Shown: piece after piece, positions 25,289 to 38,300 of the stretch | How the letters are laid out: each line of letters starts with the position of its first letter | How positions within the stretch are numbered: position 1 is the stretch's first letter | DNA from: the human T2T-CHM13v2.0 reference genome, Homo sapiens | Direction: 5' to 3' (one strand) | DNA length: 64,000 nucleotides | NCBI RefSeq assembly: GCF_009914755.1 | Contig: NC_060938.1 | Made by a program: the position numbers and the translations under genes | The notes under the pieces: generated by a model | The model's database searches: none | Seen by the model: only the letters and a program-made list of their open reading frames with translations | Told to the model about the DNA's origin: nothing

Positions 25289-26150
25289 AGAAAAACAACC
25301 CCATTAAAAAGTGGGCAAAAGGCATGTACAGACCCTTCCCAGAAGAAGACATACATGCAGCCAAAAAACATGATAAAAAGCTCAACGTCACTGATCATTA
25401 GAGAAATGCAAATCAAAACCACAATGAGATACCATCCAACGCCAGTCAGAATGGCTGTTATTAAAAAGTTAAAAAACAACAGGTGCTGGCAAGATTGCAG
25501 AGAAAAGGGAACACTTTTACCGTGTTGGTGAGGATGTAAATTAGTTTAATCATTGTGGAAGACTGTGGCGATTCCTCAAAGACATTGAGGCAGAAATACC
25601 ATTTGACCCAGCTATTCCATTATTGGGTATATACCCAAAGAAATATAAATCATTCTGTTATAAAGATACATACACACGTATGTTCATTGCAGCACTATTC
25701 ACAATAGTAAAGACATGGAATCAACATAAGTGCCTATCAGTGATAGACTGAATAAAGAAAATGTGGTACATATACACCATGGAATACTGTGCAGCCATAA
25801 AAAGGAATGAGATCATGTCCTTTGCATGGACGTAGATGGAGTTGGAAATCATTATTCTCAGCAAACTAATGCTGGAACAGAAAACCAAACACCTCATGTT
25901 GTCACTTATAAGTGGGAGCTGAATGACGAGACCACATGGTCACAAGCGGGGAACAACAACACTGGGGCCTGTCAGTTGTGGGGGTTAGAGGAGGGAGAGC
26001 ATCAGGAAGAATAGCAAATGGATGCTGGGCTTAATACCTACGTGATGGGATGATCTGTGCAGCAAAACACCATGGCCCACGTTTACATATGTAACAAACC
26101 TGCACATCCTGCACATGTACCCTGGAACTTAAAAGTTGAAGGAAAATAAA
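25289..26150 (+). mobile_element. L1PA 3' end, 5' truncated, inserted in an L2-like fragment
   Basis: L1 ORF2 end and 3' UTR; 14-bp TSD aagcaggtagatga (25275-25288) / aaggaggtagatga (26151-26164). Confidence 0.93.
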
Positions 26151-26642
26151 AAGGAGGTAGATGACAGTCAAACAATGAAAGGCTTTACAGGTAATACAGA
26201 ATTGAAGTAGAATCACTGAAAGGATTTGAGCATGGAAAAAATATAATAAAAATTATGTTTCATTAAGATAGCTCTGGCATTAATGGAGGATTAGAGGACT
26301 GATTAGAGGAAAGCAAGTCCAGAAATATTTAGAAGGCTGTGGCAGAAATTGTAAGGGCCCATGTCAATGTGTTTCAACAGGAATGGAGAAAATTCAGCAG
26401 ATTTAAATTATCTTTGTAAGAGCTTTAGAGATAAGCAATGGAGTCTATGAGGGCTCTCCTGGTCTCTGGCTTGGGTGTCTAAGAACATGATAAAACCATT
26501 AATAAGAACACAGAAAGCAAAGAGAACAATACCTAGAGAAAAGTGAGTTAATTGGGGAAAATGACTTTGATAAATTTTGAAAAGCCTCAAACAGACATTT
26601 GCTTCTGAGATTTTGGTGATAATCTTTCTGTTTGCATTTCAG

Positions 26643-26870
26643 TGTGATTTGGAAGGAATCATGCCAAATGTTACCATCAGCTTGAGTCTCCCCACCAATG
26701 GATCTCCACTTCAGGATATTCTAGTTCACCCTTGTGTAACTTCTCTTGACTCTGCAATTCTGACTTCTAGTAGTATTGATGCAATGGATGACTCTGCATT
26801 TAGTGGGCCTTACAAATTTCCATTCACTCCACCTTTAGAGTCATTCAACTTATGCTTCTACACTTCCCAG
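26643..26870 (+). CDS. AP5M1: AP5M1 exon 3 ([10 protein letters not shown]...LCFYTSQ)
   Basis: tttcag| acceptor, CAG|GTAACA donor; 228 nt. Confidence 0.95.
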
Positions 26871-26924
26871 GTAACAACCCTAGAATAGTTGAGAGTTTGC
26901 TGATCTTTATATTCATAAATACTA

Positions 26925-27312
<388 letters not shown>

Positions 27313-27529
27313 GATTCACTTATTTGAATAAGATACCTCTTATCTTTGGTGTCGGTAACTATTTGTAAATAGCTTTCAAAATAATTGAACTTTTTTTTTA
27401 ATATTCCCTAAAAAGGAGTTCATGGTCATGGGATAGATTTTGGTATGATTTAGTCATGATTTTAACCATGAACATAAAATACCCCTCATCGCAGGCAACC
27501 TGAATTACAAATATATATTATTATTAATA

Positions 27530-27770
27530 GCTATTTATTGTTTATTGAATAATTGCTTGTGTGTCAGACATTGTCCTAAGCACTTTACATGTATTTTCTC
27601 TAGTACTGTAGTACTGCTAACAACCTTTAGATTAAACATTATCCCCATTTTACAGCTGAGGAGAGTCTCAAAGAAGTGAAATGACTTGCACCACGTCTAT
27701 AGTTGATAAATGAAACTGCCTGGATTTGAACCCCAATTTTTCAGACTTCCAAACCTCGTTTCTACTATAC
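27530..27770 (-). mobile_element. MIR
   Basis: ctaagcactttacatg...atccccattttacagctgagg...ggatttgaaccc. Confidence 0.75.
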
Positions 27771-28536
27771 CATTTATCTCTTGTCCTAGTTGTGAATGAG
27801 TAGGTTAGAAAAACCTACTCAAGCTAGCTTAAGTAGAGCAAATTTATTTTGAGAATGCAATAGGCAATCTCATTGCCATTTAAGGATAAGAAAAGAAGCA
27901 GACACAGTTCTTACTGGGACTAGAACCAGAAAATTAGTATCAGCCTGTACTCAAGGTCCACCCTGTCTGTCACATCTCTGCTTCTCAGTCTCCTCTTTCA
28001 ACTGGCTTTCTCTGCTTACACATGACCTTACAGCTTTAGGGCTTGCCCTGTATAAGTAGTCTTTCTGTGTCTTACTTCACATGTACCAGAAATAATGATT
28101 GGCTCACCCCAGCCTACAAGTTGTTTCCTCTTCAGTCAGTCATTGATGACCAACCAAGTAAGTTACTGCTGAACGATGGGATTGGAGAACTCATGGGATT
28201 CAATTGGAGCAACAGGAGCTGTGGGCAGGTTGGCAGTAATCAGTATGCCTACTGCATGCCCTATGCGGCAGATCAGAGAACATGGAGACGGGGAGCCTGG
28301 ACGAGCAAGTATAGGAACAAGAATGCATTGTACACCTTTGTAAAGCGCTTTTCTCATCTCCGAAAACAAAGAGAGAAGAATCCCTATCCTTAAGATGAAT
28401 ATAGATTCATCATTGCTGTTACCAAAACAACTTGGAATAATCTCCAAGTCATTAAAAGTAACTCTTTTCTCAGTTACTTTTGTTGTTTTAGACTCATTAA
28501 CCTGAGAATTATATAGACATTTATGTTTCTTTTTAG

Positions 28537-28676
28537 GTCCCTGTCCCACCAATTTTGGGTTTTTATCAAATGAAGGAGGAAGAAGTACAACTAAGAATAA
28601 CCATTAATTTAAAACTTCATGAAAGTGTGAAAAATAATTTTGAATTCTGTGAAGCCCATATACCTTTTTACAATAG
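28537..28676 (+). CDS. AP5M1: AP5M1 exon 4 ([11 protein letters not shown]...HIPFYN)
   Basis: ttttag| acceptor, AG|GTAGGA donor; 140 nt. Confidence 0.93.
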
Positions 28677-29381
28677 GTAGGAATAAAATGCATATTGCCA
28701 TAATTTCTGTCTTCCTTAATACATTTCCACTGTCCCACAGTAAATTGTCTTTGTCTTTTACCTTATTTTTAAGGTCTGAACAATTTTATTTTATTTAAAT
28801 GAATGCTGATTTTCATGATATAGTCATAAAAATAATCTGTTTACCTTTAAATATGCCTTTATCTTTCTAGTTAAACTTACTAGTAAATTATACACTTAAG
28901 CCAATGTAGCTTCCTCAGGGATTATTTTTCTACCGGATTTATTTCTAGCAATTTTTCCATATACAAGTCAAACCAAACTATCAACAACCTGGTGAATTAG
29001 CCAATTATATCATAATATTACTTTATTATCAATTCTATTTTTAAATTTATTCTGTAGCATAGTTTTTTGTCAAAATATATCTACATATATAGTAAAATCA
29101 TAGTCATTGTAGCAACCCATGTGACCGTATTAATACATTTCGTATGATTTCATAGTTGTCTTAAGGATTAATAATGAAATACACATCATCACCAAAAATG
29201 TTTATGTGTGCTTGTTGTTTTTCAAGATTTAACATTCATTATTTGTTCTATTCTGCAAACTTGAATACAGATCTGCTTTTATGCTGTCCTTGTATTAAGT
29301 AACAGTGGCCAAGTTTGACTTAGATCTCTTAAAACTGTTATATCTATGATCTTTTTCTATTTTATCCTTTTCTTTTTAAAG

Positions 29382-29467
29382 AGGTCCAATTACACATTTG
29401 GAATACAAAACTAGTTTTGGCCAGCTTGAAGTATTTCGAGAGAAAAGCTTATTGATCTGGATTATTG
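29382..29467 (+). CDS. AP5M1: AP5M1 exon 5 (GPITHLEYK...LIWII)
   Basis: taaag| acceptor, G|GTGAGC donor; 86 nt keeps the frame. Confidence 0.92.
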
Positions 29468-29559
29468 GTGAGCAAGTTTTATTTATTGATTTTTTTTCTT
29501 TTCATTTACTGTAGAATCTACTTAATTTAGAATTGTTTATTGGTATATTTGTGTTTTAG

Positions 29560-29678
29560 GCCAGAAGTTCCCAAAATCAATGGAAATTAGTCTTTCTGGA
29601 ACTGTAACTTTTGGAGCCAAGAGCCATGAGAAGCAGCCATTTGACCCAATTTGTACTGGAGAAACAGCATATTTAAAG
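29560..29678 (+). CDS. AP5M1: AP5M1 exon 6 (QKFPKSMEI...ETAYLK)
   Basis: ttttag| acceptor, AAG|GTAAAC donor; 119 nt. Confidence 0.93.
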
Positions 29679-29888
29679 GTAAACATATTTATACAGCTCA
29701 CTACAGTAGCACCCTTCCTTTGTTTATAAATTGCATATTTCTAGTTGATTTTTAATGTTTTCCACCAATTGTTTTAGAATTCTGTTCTTTTAGTCTGGGA
29801 TAAGTTCTCTTTTGGATTTTTGTTTGATTTTTTGTTGTTGTTTAGTATTAGTCACTTCTATTTCACTTAATACTTGAACATTTTAAAA

Positions 29889-30040
29889 AGCCAGGCATAG
29901 TGGCGGGATGTCTGTAGTCCCAGCTATTGGGGAGACTGAGGTGGGAGGATCGCTCAAGCCCAGGAGTTCAAGGTTACAGTGAGCTAAATTGTGCCACTGC
30001 ACTGCAACCTGGACAACAGAGTGCGACCAGATCTCTTTTA
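29889..30040 (+). mobile_element. Free Alu monomer (FAM/FRAM-like)
   Basis: Single ~150-bp Alu arm followed by (TTTG)n. Confidence 0.75.
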
Positions 30041-30151
30041 AACAAGGGTTTTTTTGTTTGTTTGTTTGTTTGTTTTTAAACGGAACCAGCTAACCTAATA
30101 CCCAACTTAGTCTAATTCTACTCAGCTCTTGGTTATCAAATTTGAGATTTG

Positions 30152-30447
30152 GGCCAGGCATGGTGGATCCCACCTATAATCCCAGCACTTTGGGAGGCCA
30201 AGGCAGGTGGATCGCTTAATCCCAGGAGTTCAAGACCAGCCTGGCCAACATGGTGAGACCCCGCCTCTACAAAAAATAGAAAAATCAGCTGGGCATGGTG
30301 GTGCACACCTTTAGTCACAGCTTTTTGGGAGGTTCAAATAGGAGAATCACCTAAGCCTGGGGAGTTCGAGGCTGCAGTGAGCCATGATTGTGCCACTGCA
30401 TTCCAGCCTGGGCGATAGAGTAAGACTCTGTCTCAAAAACAAAAAAA
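30152..30447 (+). mobile_element. Alu (AluJ-like)
   Basis: Full dimer; TSD aaatttgagatttg / aaattgagatttg. Confidence 0.92.
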
Positions 30448-32670
30448 TTGAGATTTGTATACAGAAAATAGAAGATGTAGTCCTTGCCCTCCAGGAATTT
30501 TTCAGTGTTGCACATCAACAATTTATCAGTGCTAACAGCTTTGGTATTTCAAGAAAAAGGTGCTACAGCTGAAGTTGTGGAAAGCTTTACAATGGAGGTG
30601 AAGTTTAAGCCAAACTCTGAGGCCTAGTAATGCATGAATATGAAGACTTGAAGATTGACTAACATTTGTTTAGGTAAAGAAATTACTTAAAAGAGTAAAG
30701 AAGAATAAACAAGGCATGCTTAGAAACCAGTGCTAAAAATAGTAGTACTATGAGAGACTGGATACATAATTTAGATTAAGATTATAGAGGGTTTGAATCT
30801 TACTTTTATTCCTTTGGTTGATGGTGTACTTTTTAAAGTAGGGGATAGTCTTTCACAAGTGATACTTTATGAATGTTAATCTGGAATGGATGTAAGGAAG
30901 GTGAGTAAAAAAATTAGAGACAAGCCATTCTGTAACATATTAATATTCCATATGAAAGGGTAATATTGTAATAAGTTAATAATGCTGAGTTAGTGTAGTG
31001 TCAACAGAAAGAGAAAAGAAGGGAGAAGGGAGAAAAATGAAGGGACTGCTGTAAAAGCTGTGATAAAATAAAGCCTTGACCACTAATTAAATACAGAGAC
31101 AAGGAATGGTGTTGTTCCAAGATGATATTGTTTAAAAAAAAATGGAACTTAAACCAAACTTGACGCTTTTTAAGAGGGTAGAGACGTGAATCTCATTCAT
31201 TCATTGTTTTATTCCAAATATCTAGTCCAGGACCTAACACATAAATATTTGCTGAATGGATGAATATACCTAAATTATTGATATGGAGAAAATTGGGAAG
31301 AAATGGGTTTCATATCATATTTTTTGCTGGCAATAGCAATATAGCCCATTGTAAATGTTCAGTGGGTAGCTAAAAATCTAAAGCTTGATTCTTAAGAGAA
31401 GGCTCAGCTGTATACAGGATTTAGGAATTAGCCACAGAGAACAAATAGTTGAGGCAGTGGAAATAAATAAGATCAGAAAAGGATAAAATAATACAGGAAG
31501 ATTAAAAAAAACAAATGAGGGAATTGAAGGAGTGATTAGAAAGGTAGCAAGAAAACATAAAAAATGTATTAAAGACATCAAGAGAAATACAGACAATTAG
31601 GGGAAGTGGTAGTGAAGTCAGAAGTATACTGATGATAATTCATTTCTTCTATCTTGGCTTCACTTATGTCCAGAAGCTTTGTTTCAAGGATTATTATAAA
31701 AATTCCTACTTCAGATACCTTTCAGAAAAAAATGTGGAATGTTACCACACATTCTATGTCCTTCAAAAGTAGGAATTACGATTTTTCTATTCATTCCCAT
31801 CACCAACCAGTTACACTCACATTGAAAGCATGTAGCACATATTTTTGTTGACTGAATGATCTAAGTGTGTTTTACAGTATTTCAGTTGTATGGAAATCAG
31901 TCTTGTCATAACTTCCAGCATTAAGAATTATACCAAAAAAGCACGCAACAGCCTTTTATTATCAGAGATAATTTGGGTTGCAAAAGGAAAAAAAAAAATT
32001 GCTGAGAAGATCTGAAAATTACATTACATTCTAAATCACATCTTATGCATTAGTTCTGTAAAAGTTAAATTTCACCCTTCTGGAAAATTAGCGCAGCTCA
32101 TTCCCTCTAAACACAAGATAAACTGATGTTTCTGTTTTCATAATTAAATTATATTTTATTAGAAGGTGTATACTTTCCTGCCTGTAAAAGACTTATGATC
32201 TAGAATATATCATAGCCACATAGCCCTAGGGATAGAAGAGAATATAGGGCATGCAAGACAGTAGCACGGGGGAGACAGCACCAGCTTTTGGAGTCGGTAA
32301 GGTCTGAGTTCAAATGCCAGCTCTGCTGCTTACGTGCTGGGATACCAATTGCTTCCATCTTTGCACGTCAGTTCACTCAGCATACCTTGCAGTATGGATT
32401 AGAGCTGTTAGTGAAGTGCGTATTATGTGTTAAGTACTTCATAATGACAGCCTTACAAAAAAATGGCCCTAATGCAAACGGAAAAAAAAACTGTGTGTGT
32501 TTTTGTATATATATGTGTGCGCACACACACAATTCAAGTTTAGTACTTGTGGTTTTTATTTTGTGAACTGTGTAAAATAAATTCCCTAAGACTGGGTTAA
32601 GGGAAAAAATGTAACCATGCTTTTTACCAAATAATCACCTTAATTTGGTACATTTCTCTCTTCTTTCTAG

Positions 32671-32767
32671 CTTCATTTTAGGATCTTAGATTACACACTT
32701 ACTGGATGTTATGCAGATCAGCATTCAGTTCAAGTTTTTGCATCAGGAAAACCAAAAATAAGTGCAC
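32671..32767 (+). CDS. AP5M1: AP5M1 exon 7 ([10 protein letters not shown]...KPKISA)
   Basis: ttctag| acceptor, C|GTAAGT donor; 97 nt. Confidence 0.93.
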
Positions 32768-33049
32768 GTAAGTTACACAGATTCAAACTAACTTAAGGGA
32801 ATTAAAATGGTGTTTGCAGTTATTACCTAAGGTAAAATTTGAATGTAACAGAACTTAGAGATTAGAGAATAATCCCAATTTATAAAATTCTGGGCTGATT
32901 CTACCCCACATAACAGTTTGTGTACTTTACACTGCCCTCTGCCGCCTTCTTGTTTATAAAGTGGTCTGGATAAGCAAAGATTGGGATAGAGGGGAACTTC
33001 AGTGTAAAATTGGATTTGTTTTTCTCTGGTTATTCAGAGATGTGATTCA

Positions 33050-33260
33050 CAGAGACTGTGATGTTGGACAGACAGGGCTTAAGCCTGGCTCAGCCATTTC
33101 ATTAGCTGTATAACTTTGGGCAAGTTAGCGAACTTCTTGAAGTTTTAATTTTCTTGTGTATAAAATGGAAATAATAGTGCGATTTACCTCAGGATTGTTA
33201 TGAGGTTTAGATAAGATTATATTGACTTAGTATGATGCTTAGTGTATAGTATAGATTTAG
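33050..33260 (+). mobile_element. MIR
   Basis: agctgtataactttgggcaagttagcgaac...tgtataaaatggaaataatag. Confidence 0.75.
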
Positions 33261-33432
33261 TAGATACTAGAGATGATTCTTATTTAAAACTTTTAAATAT
33301 CTTTAGCAAATGTTGCAATCAATAAGCATTATTTAGCACCTTCTCTATTCTATCAATAGGAAGACAATAAAAAAGACGTTTCCTGATTTTAGTATGTTTA
33401 ATGGTTGGTAAAGTATAGATCTATATGTGTGT

Positions 33433-33437
33433 ACACA

Positions 33438-33474
<37 letters not shown>
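33433..33474. repeat. (CA)n microsatellite
   Basis: Seen directly. Confidence 0.95.
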
Positions 33475-33476
<2 letters not shown>

Positions 33477-34254
33477 AACATATGAAAATATGAGACAAAA
33501 AACAATTTATAAATGAATCAAAAGTATTTAATTCAGATCAAATAGAAATATGTAACATCGAATAGTAGCTAAAATGAGGTAGAGTTATCTAAACTTAAAC
33601 AACCTTTTTGCCTCATACATTAAGGAGAATAAAGCTGTTATATATGTGGATAAGAATAATCCCAATTTACACACATTTTTATTATTATAGTTAGATAAAT
33701 ATTTCTTAAACTAAGGATTAGGGTTCCTAAAATAAAAAGAATAGGAAAGGACTCTCCATGTACATTTCAAGAGAATTAGAGAACTCAGAACTACAGAATT
33801 CTAAGCAACTATTTGTGCTTGTCAATATAATTTCTACTATGTAATGTAACCAGAATAAACCAGTATTCTTTACTTCCCTAGGCTTGCCCTGTGTTTTCTC
33901 TTACATCATTTTTTTGTTGTATATATGAGAGACTGAAAGCAAACAGACCAGTATTTTAGATTGTCTATGGGAAAATAATTTATTTATGTTAACTAAACAT
34001 ACTGCAGTAATTTCCAGAGAACATAATACAAGATAGGAACATACCTGCTTCTTAATACAAAATATGTTGAAAGAACTCATTTTAAATTAATATTATGACC
34101 CATCTTTTCTTTCCTCTGTTAGTTTCAGAATGTGACTGCCAGTTTGTGCAATTATGTAAAACTTTATTTTGCCATCATCTTGACAATAAAATCTATTTTC
34201 ATAATATACAACTTAGTTTAAAAATAGTTTAGTAATAATAATACCAATTTAAAT

Positions 34255-34490
34255 AATAATGGCTAATATTTATTGCTTACTATATGCCAGGCAAAGTTCT
34301 AAGTGTTTTATGTGCATTGTCTCATTAATCCTCACAGCACCCTATGTAAGTGTTGTTATCTCCATTTTACAGATGAGGACACTGATGGAACTGAGAGATT
34401 AGGGTCCCATAGCTTGCAAATGGCAGAACTGCGAGTCAGATACTCAAGCATTCTGGCTCTGGAATCTGTCCACTTAACAGTATGCTGTCT
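34255..34490 (-). mobile_element. MIR
   Basis: atttattgcttactatatgccaggc...tctccattttacagatgaggacactga. Confidence 0.8.
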
Positions 34491-35249
34491 TGCCTCTCAT
34501 TGTTACTGCGTTCTCAAACTTTGAAGAGAACAAAAAAGACAATATAGTCTATATTCTTTTCATTATGAAGAAGGGCATGAAGAAGAAAGGTAGAACAGGC
34601 TGAATTGGATAATTATATTTAATTGGATATTTAATTATATATATATATAAAGAATTTACATGTGTAACTCCAAATGAACATTATTATCTCAACTTTACAT
34701 ATCAGAAAACTTTAGTTCAAATAGGTTGCCATTTTTGTAGAGTTTCAAAGCTATTTTTAAAAAGGCTTAAATTGATCAGAACTATAATAAGAAACCAGTG
34801 AAGCAAACTATTTAGAATGTTGCTAGGAAGTTAGGTGTTAATTTATATCTCTGACACTTTGGGTAAAGAATAGCAAGACCCAGAATCAGGGCTATGGTGA
34901 TAAGGTTATAGAAGAGAAACCAATGAAAAATTTTTAATGTTTTTGCAGTCAGAGTAATGGTCCATACGAAAAAGATTTTAGAGAAAATGTGAAGATAAAA
35001 TTGGCAGATTTGGCATAAATGAGAGATATTTCATATAAGGTCAAAGATGGATTCTTCAAATATTTAATGAGTCTATATTTGTAAAATGGTAAAAGTTATA
35101 ATAAAGTCTTGATAATATGAAATTAAAATGAATATTTCAAAGTATTGACTTGAAATAACTGCATTCCACAATTTCAAAAATCATGACTTTGCTCTCGTTG
35201 AATTTTTGCTGAAATAGTCTTATCATTAATTTCTTTTTCTTTTCTTTAG

Positions 35250-35332
35250 ACCGGAAACTAATTTCTTCTGATTATTACATCTGGAATTCTAAAGCCCCTG
35301 CTCCAGTAACATATGGATCATTATTATTGTAA
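35250..35332 (+). CDS. AP5M1: AP5M1 exon 8 coding part ([26 protein letters not shown])
   Basis: ctttag| acceptor; TAA at 35330-35332 followed by in-frame TAG; total CDS 1473 nt = 490 aa. Confidence 0.95.
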
Positions 35333-38300
35333 TAGTCTCATGTTTAAATGGGATTATATAATGATAACAGTTTAAAGAAAATCATAATCTTATATTTTTA
35401 ATGTGGATGCATATAACCTGTGAGTGAAAAATCACTGAATGATTTAATTGTAAAAGTAGTCTTATGTGGTGTTTGTAGTCTGATAGAGCTTGAAAGGACA
35501 TTTTAAAAGCTAATGTCTCCAATTTTGTTAACCTTCGATTTTATGCCAGTATAATTCAGAACATAGAAAAGTAATGATTCACTTGGGCTCATTTTAGACT
35601 GGTCCTGGGTCACCCTGCCACACTTGTTTCCTAGTGTTTCTGTGGCAGACATTGCTAATCAATTACAGCCCTTTTCTGTACTGAGCCTTGGATAAAGGGT
35701 CAGGCTCCTTTTTAGTTCAGAGATTCAGGCAGCCACTCCCAGTGGGTTGTAGATAATGTGCAAGATAAAAACTATTTTCTCTTCCAAATCTAAGTACTAA
35801 GCTCCTAGTATAAGGTGTTGTTACAGAATACCAGAGACCATGTTAGAGACAACTACATCTCTTCAAAAAACAGCCAACAGAGACAAAGGAAAAGTGTTTA
35901 AATAGTAAGCTGTTCTTCTTAATCAGAACTATCCTATTGACTAATAAATAATCTGCATAATTCTACTTAAGGTGTGTAATCTCTGTTCTAGAGTTAGTTT
36001 TTAAGTAAGCTTGTTAATCTGCCACTTTGACATTTTGCTTAGGATGTCAGTAGCCATATTAAGATGTGTAGAATACCTTCAGAAGATGATCATAGTGTTT
36101 TGTAATCATTTAATGTCTGCAGCCAAATTTTTAAAGGTAATTTAGACCTAATACTGCTCTTGCTGTGTCTTATTAAGTTAAAATTAATGAATGAATTCTG
36201 GTAAAAATTCAAAAGGCACTCTGTGAGTAGAGAGTATCATTTAAGCTTATTTTAGTCACATGTAGTATATATCTCCTTAAAGCTGTCACTCTCACTTTCT
36301 TACCATTCTCTTGATTTCTTCAGAAACCATCTAGTCATCATCTTTATACTCTACCTGCTTCTGCAATTATATATCATATTATGTTTTCAGAGCAGTTCAT
36401 TGTCAAGTTGGACTTTAAGTGACCATTCAAGAAAAGATGAAATCTCACGAACCTCAAAACTTCATTCATGTCTTTTTACAAATGAGAAAAAAAAATGCAT
36501 TAAAGATTAATACTCAATTTGATTATATCTTGGGTTCTGTTTTTTAATGAGTGTTCTAAGGAAAAGCTTAGAAAAGCTGCTAACTCCTCAGAAGAAAGCA
36601 TGATAGTTTAAAGGTATAGGGCATATAAATTTAGGATTTGAAATATGATTTTTTAATTAAGGTCAGTCCTACTCATAAACTCATTTTCTGCAAAGCATTA
36701 TCATGGCATAAGGTTCTATGTTCAAAATTATCCCAAGTAACAAAGAAAAAAAGAATAACTGCCTGACCAGGATTTTAACTTGTTATTCTAGCTTAATCAT
36801 AGATAATCAGCAGTGAAAACTTTCCTTTTGAAAGAAGAAAATATCATTCCCTATAAGTTATTTGATCTCTCTTAAACTCAAAGCTTAACATTTCACTTAT
36901 GTTGATAAGTTAATGGTAATGGAGCCATTTGGAATCTTGATTGTATAAATGTTTACCAAATACACTAAGGTAAGCAAGAGGCATTTATCTAGTGAGTAGG
37001 CAAAGATTTAATATAATAATCCCCTAGGCAAAAGTTTATAAGCAGTTAGAAAAATCAGTGAATCTTCTATTTGACATTTCTAGAAACCGGAGGAAAATCT
37101 AGGGTGTCCTGGAAAAGTGATGAGGTGTTGGGGAACCTGATGCCATCTGTTGCCATTCCATTCTAACATAGTGCTACAGAACTGAACCAACTTAGGTTTT
37201 CATCCCATTGAGATCAGCTGGGCACACTGTGATGCTTTTGATTTTGTCTAGAAACCTGTCACTTCAGGATAATTTCTGAAGACAAAGTCTGTTTCCCGTT
37301 TGGTAGGTGACCTGTTTAATGTTTTCCCTGTGTCTGGGAACTCCTTAGTGTAATTAGCGACCTTTGAACTCCACAACTAATCCTGAGCTATTTTGTATTC
37401 CTTACTCATCTTTAAGGCTGGACCTTTCCTTTCTTCAGAGTCCGTTGCCACAATTAAAGAAGAAACAGCTGCATTTCAAAGGGATTCCGATTCCAGAAGC
37501 TTAATCGTGATTGACATGTTCTTATTCTAAGCTATAAGACACTCTAAGAGTCCTTTCTTGGGTTAAAACTTCAATCATTTTCTAAAAAATTATCTCACTA
37601 TGGATTTTATTCATTTTCTTTGATAACTATTCTTTGCATTTTTTAACTTGAAAGATGCTTTGCGTTTGCAGTGAATATGAGCAACTACTTCCAGTGAAAG
37701 ATTTGGATAGTGTCAGACCTTCTCTAGATGCAAAATTGCTAAATTCCCTTTTAGTGCCAAAATATGATTATGAAATCTGATGTCTATCACATAGGTAATT
37801 ATTCTTCAATAAACTCGAAAGGTTAAAAAAAAAAGTGTTAATTTTTTAGAATGAACTCCAGAAAAGATCGTTCATGATTTTGTAAACGCTTCTTTTCTCC
37901 ATTTTTTACTAAACAATATTTTAAAAACTTTTTAGAGCCAGCAATATAGTACTTAGGCAATACCCTTACGGTGGTGGCAATTTTTTTTTAACTTTTTAAG
38001 TAATTGATTCAAATGTCAAGTTTGAAGCAGTCTTGTCAGGAATTCTGATGACAATTATTTGTTTAAAAAATTTTTTTTATTAAACATTAGTCTGTCCCAT
38101 AAAATCGTTTTCATTTTTTTCACACCAATTCAGTATTTCTACTAGGTTAAAATTATGGTGTTTTTATACATTGTATGATTTAAGATCTTTCAAGGCAGAC
38201 ATTTATACTTGGTAACAATTGCCAATTTTTTTTTCTGGTTTTTGTTGTAGTATTTCAAAATACTTCATCGACATTGATAGACTCCTACACTACCCCTGGG

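Noticed and set aside
28043-28552. 116-aa and 129-aa ORFs in AP5M1 intron 3
   Set aside because: No homology recognised, non-ATG starts and no support from the exon chain; probably chance or old LTR-derived
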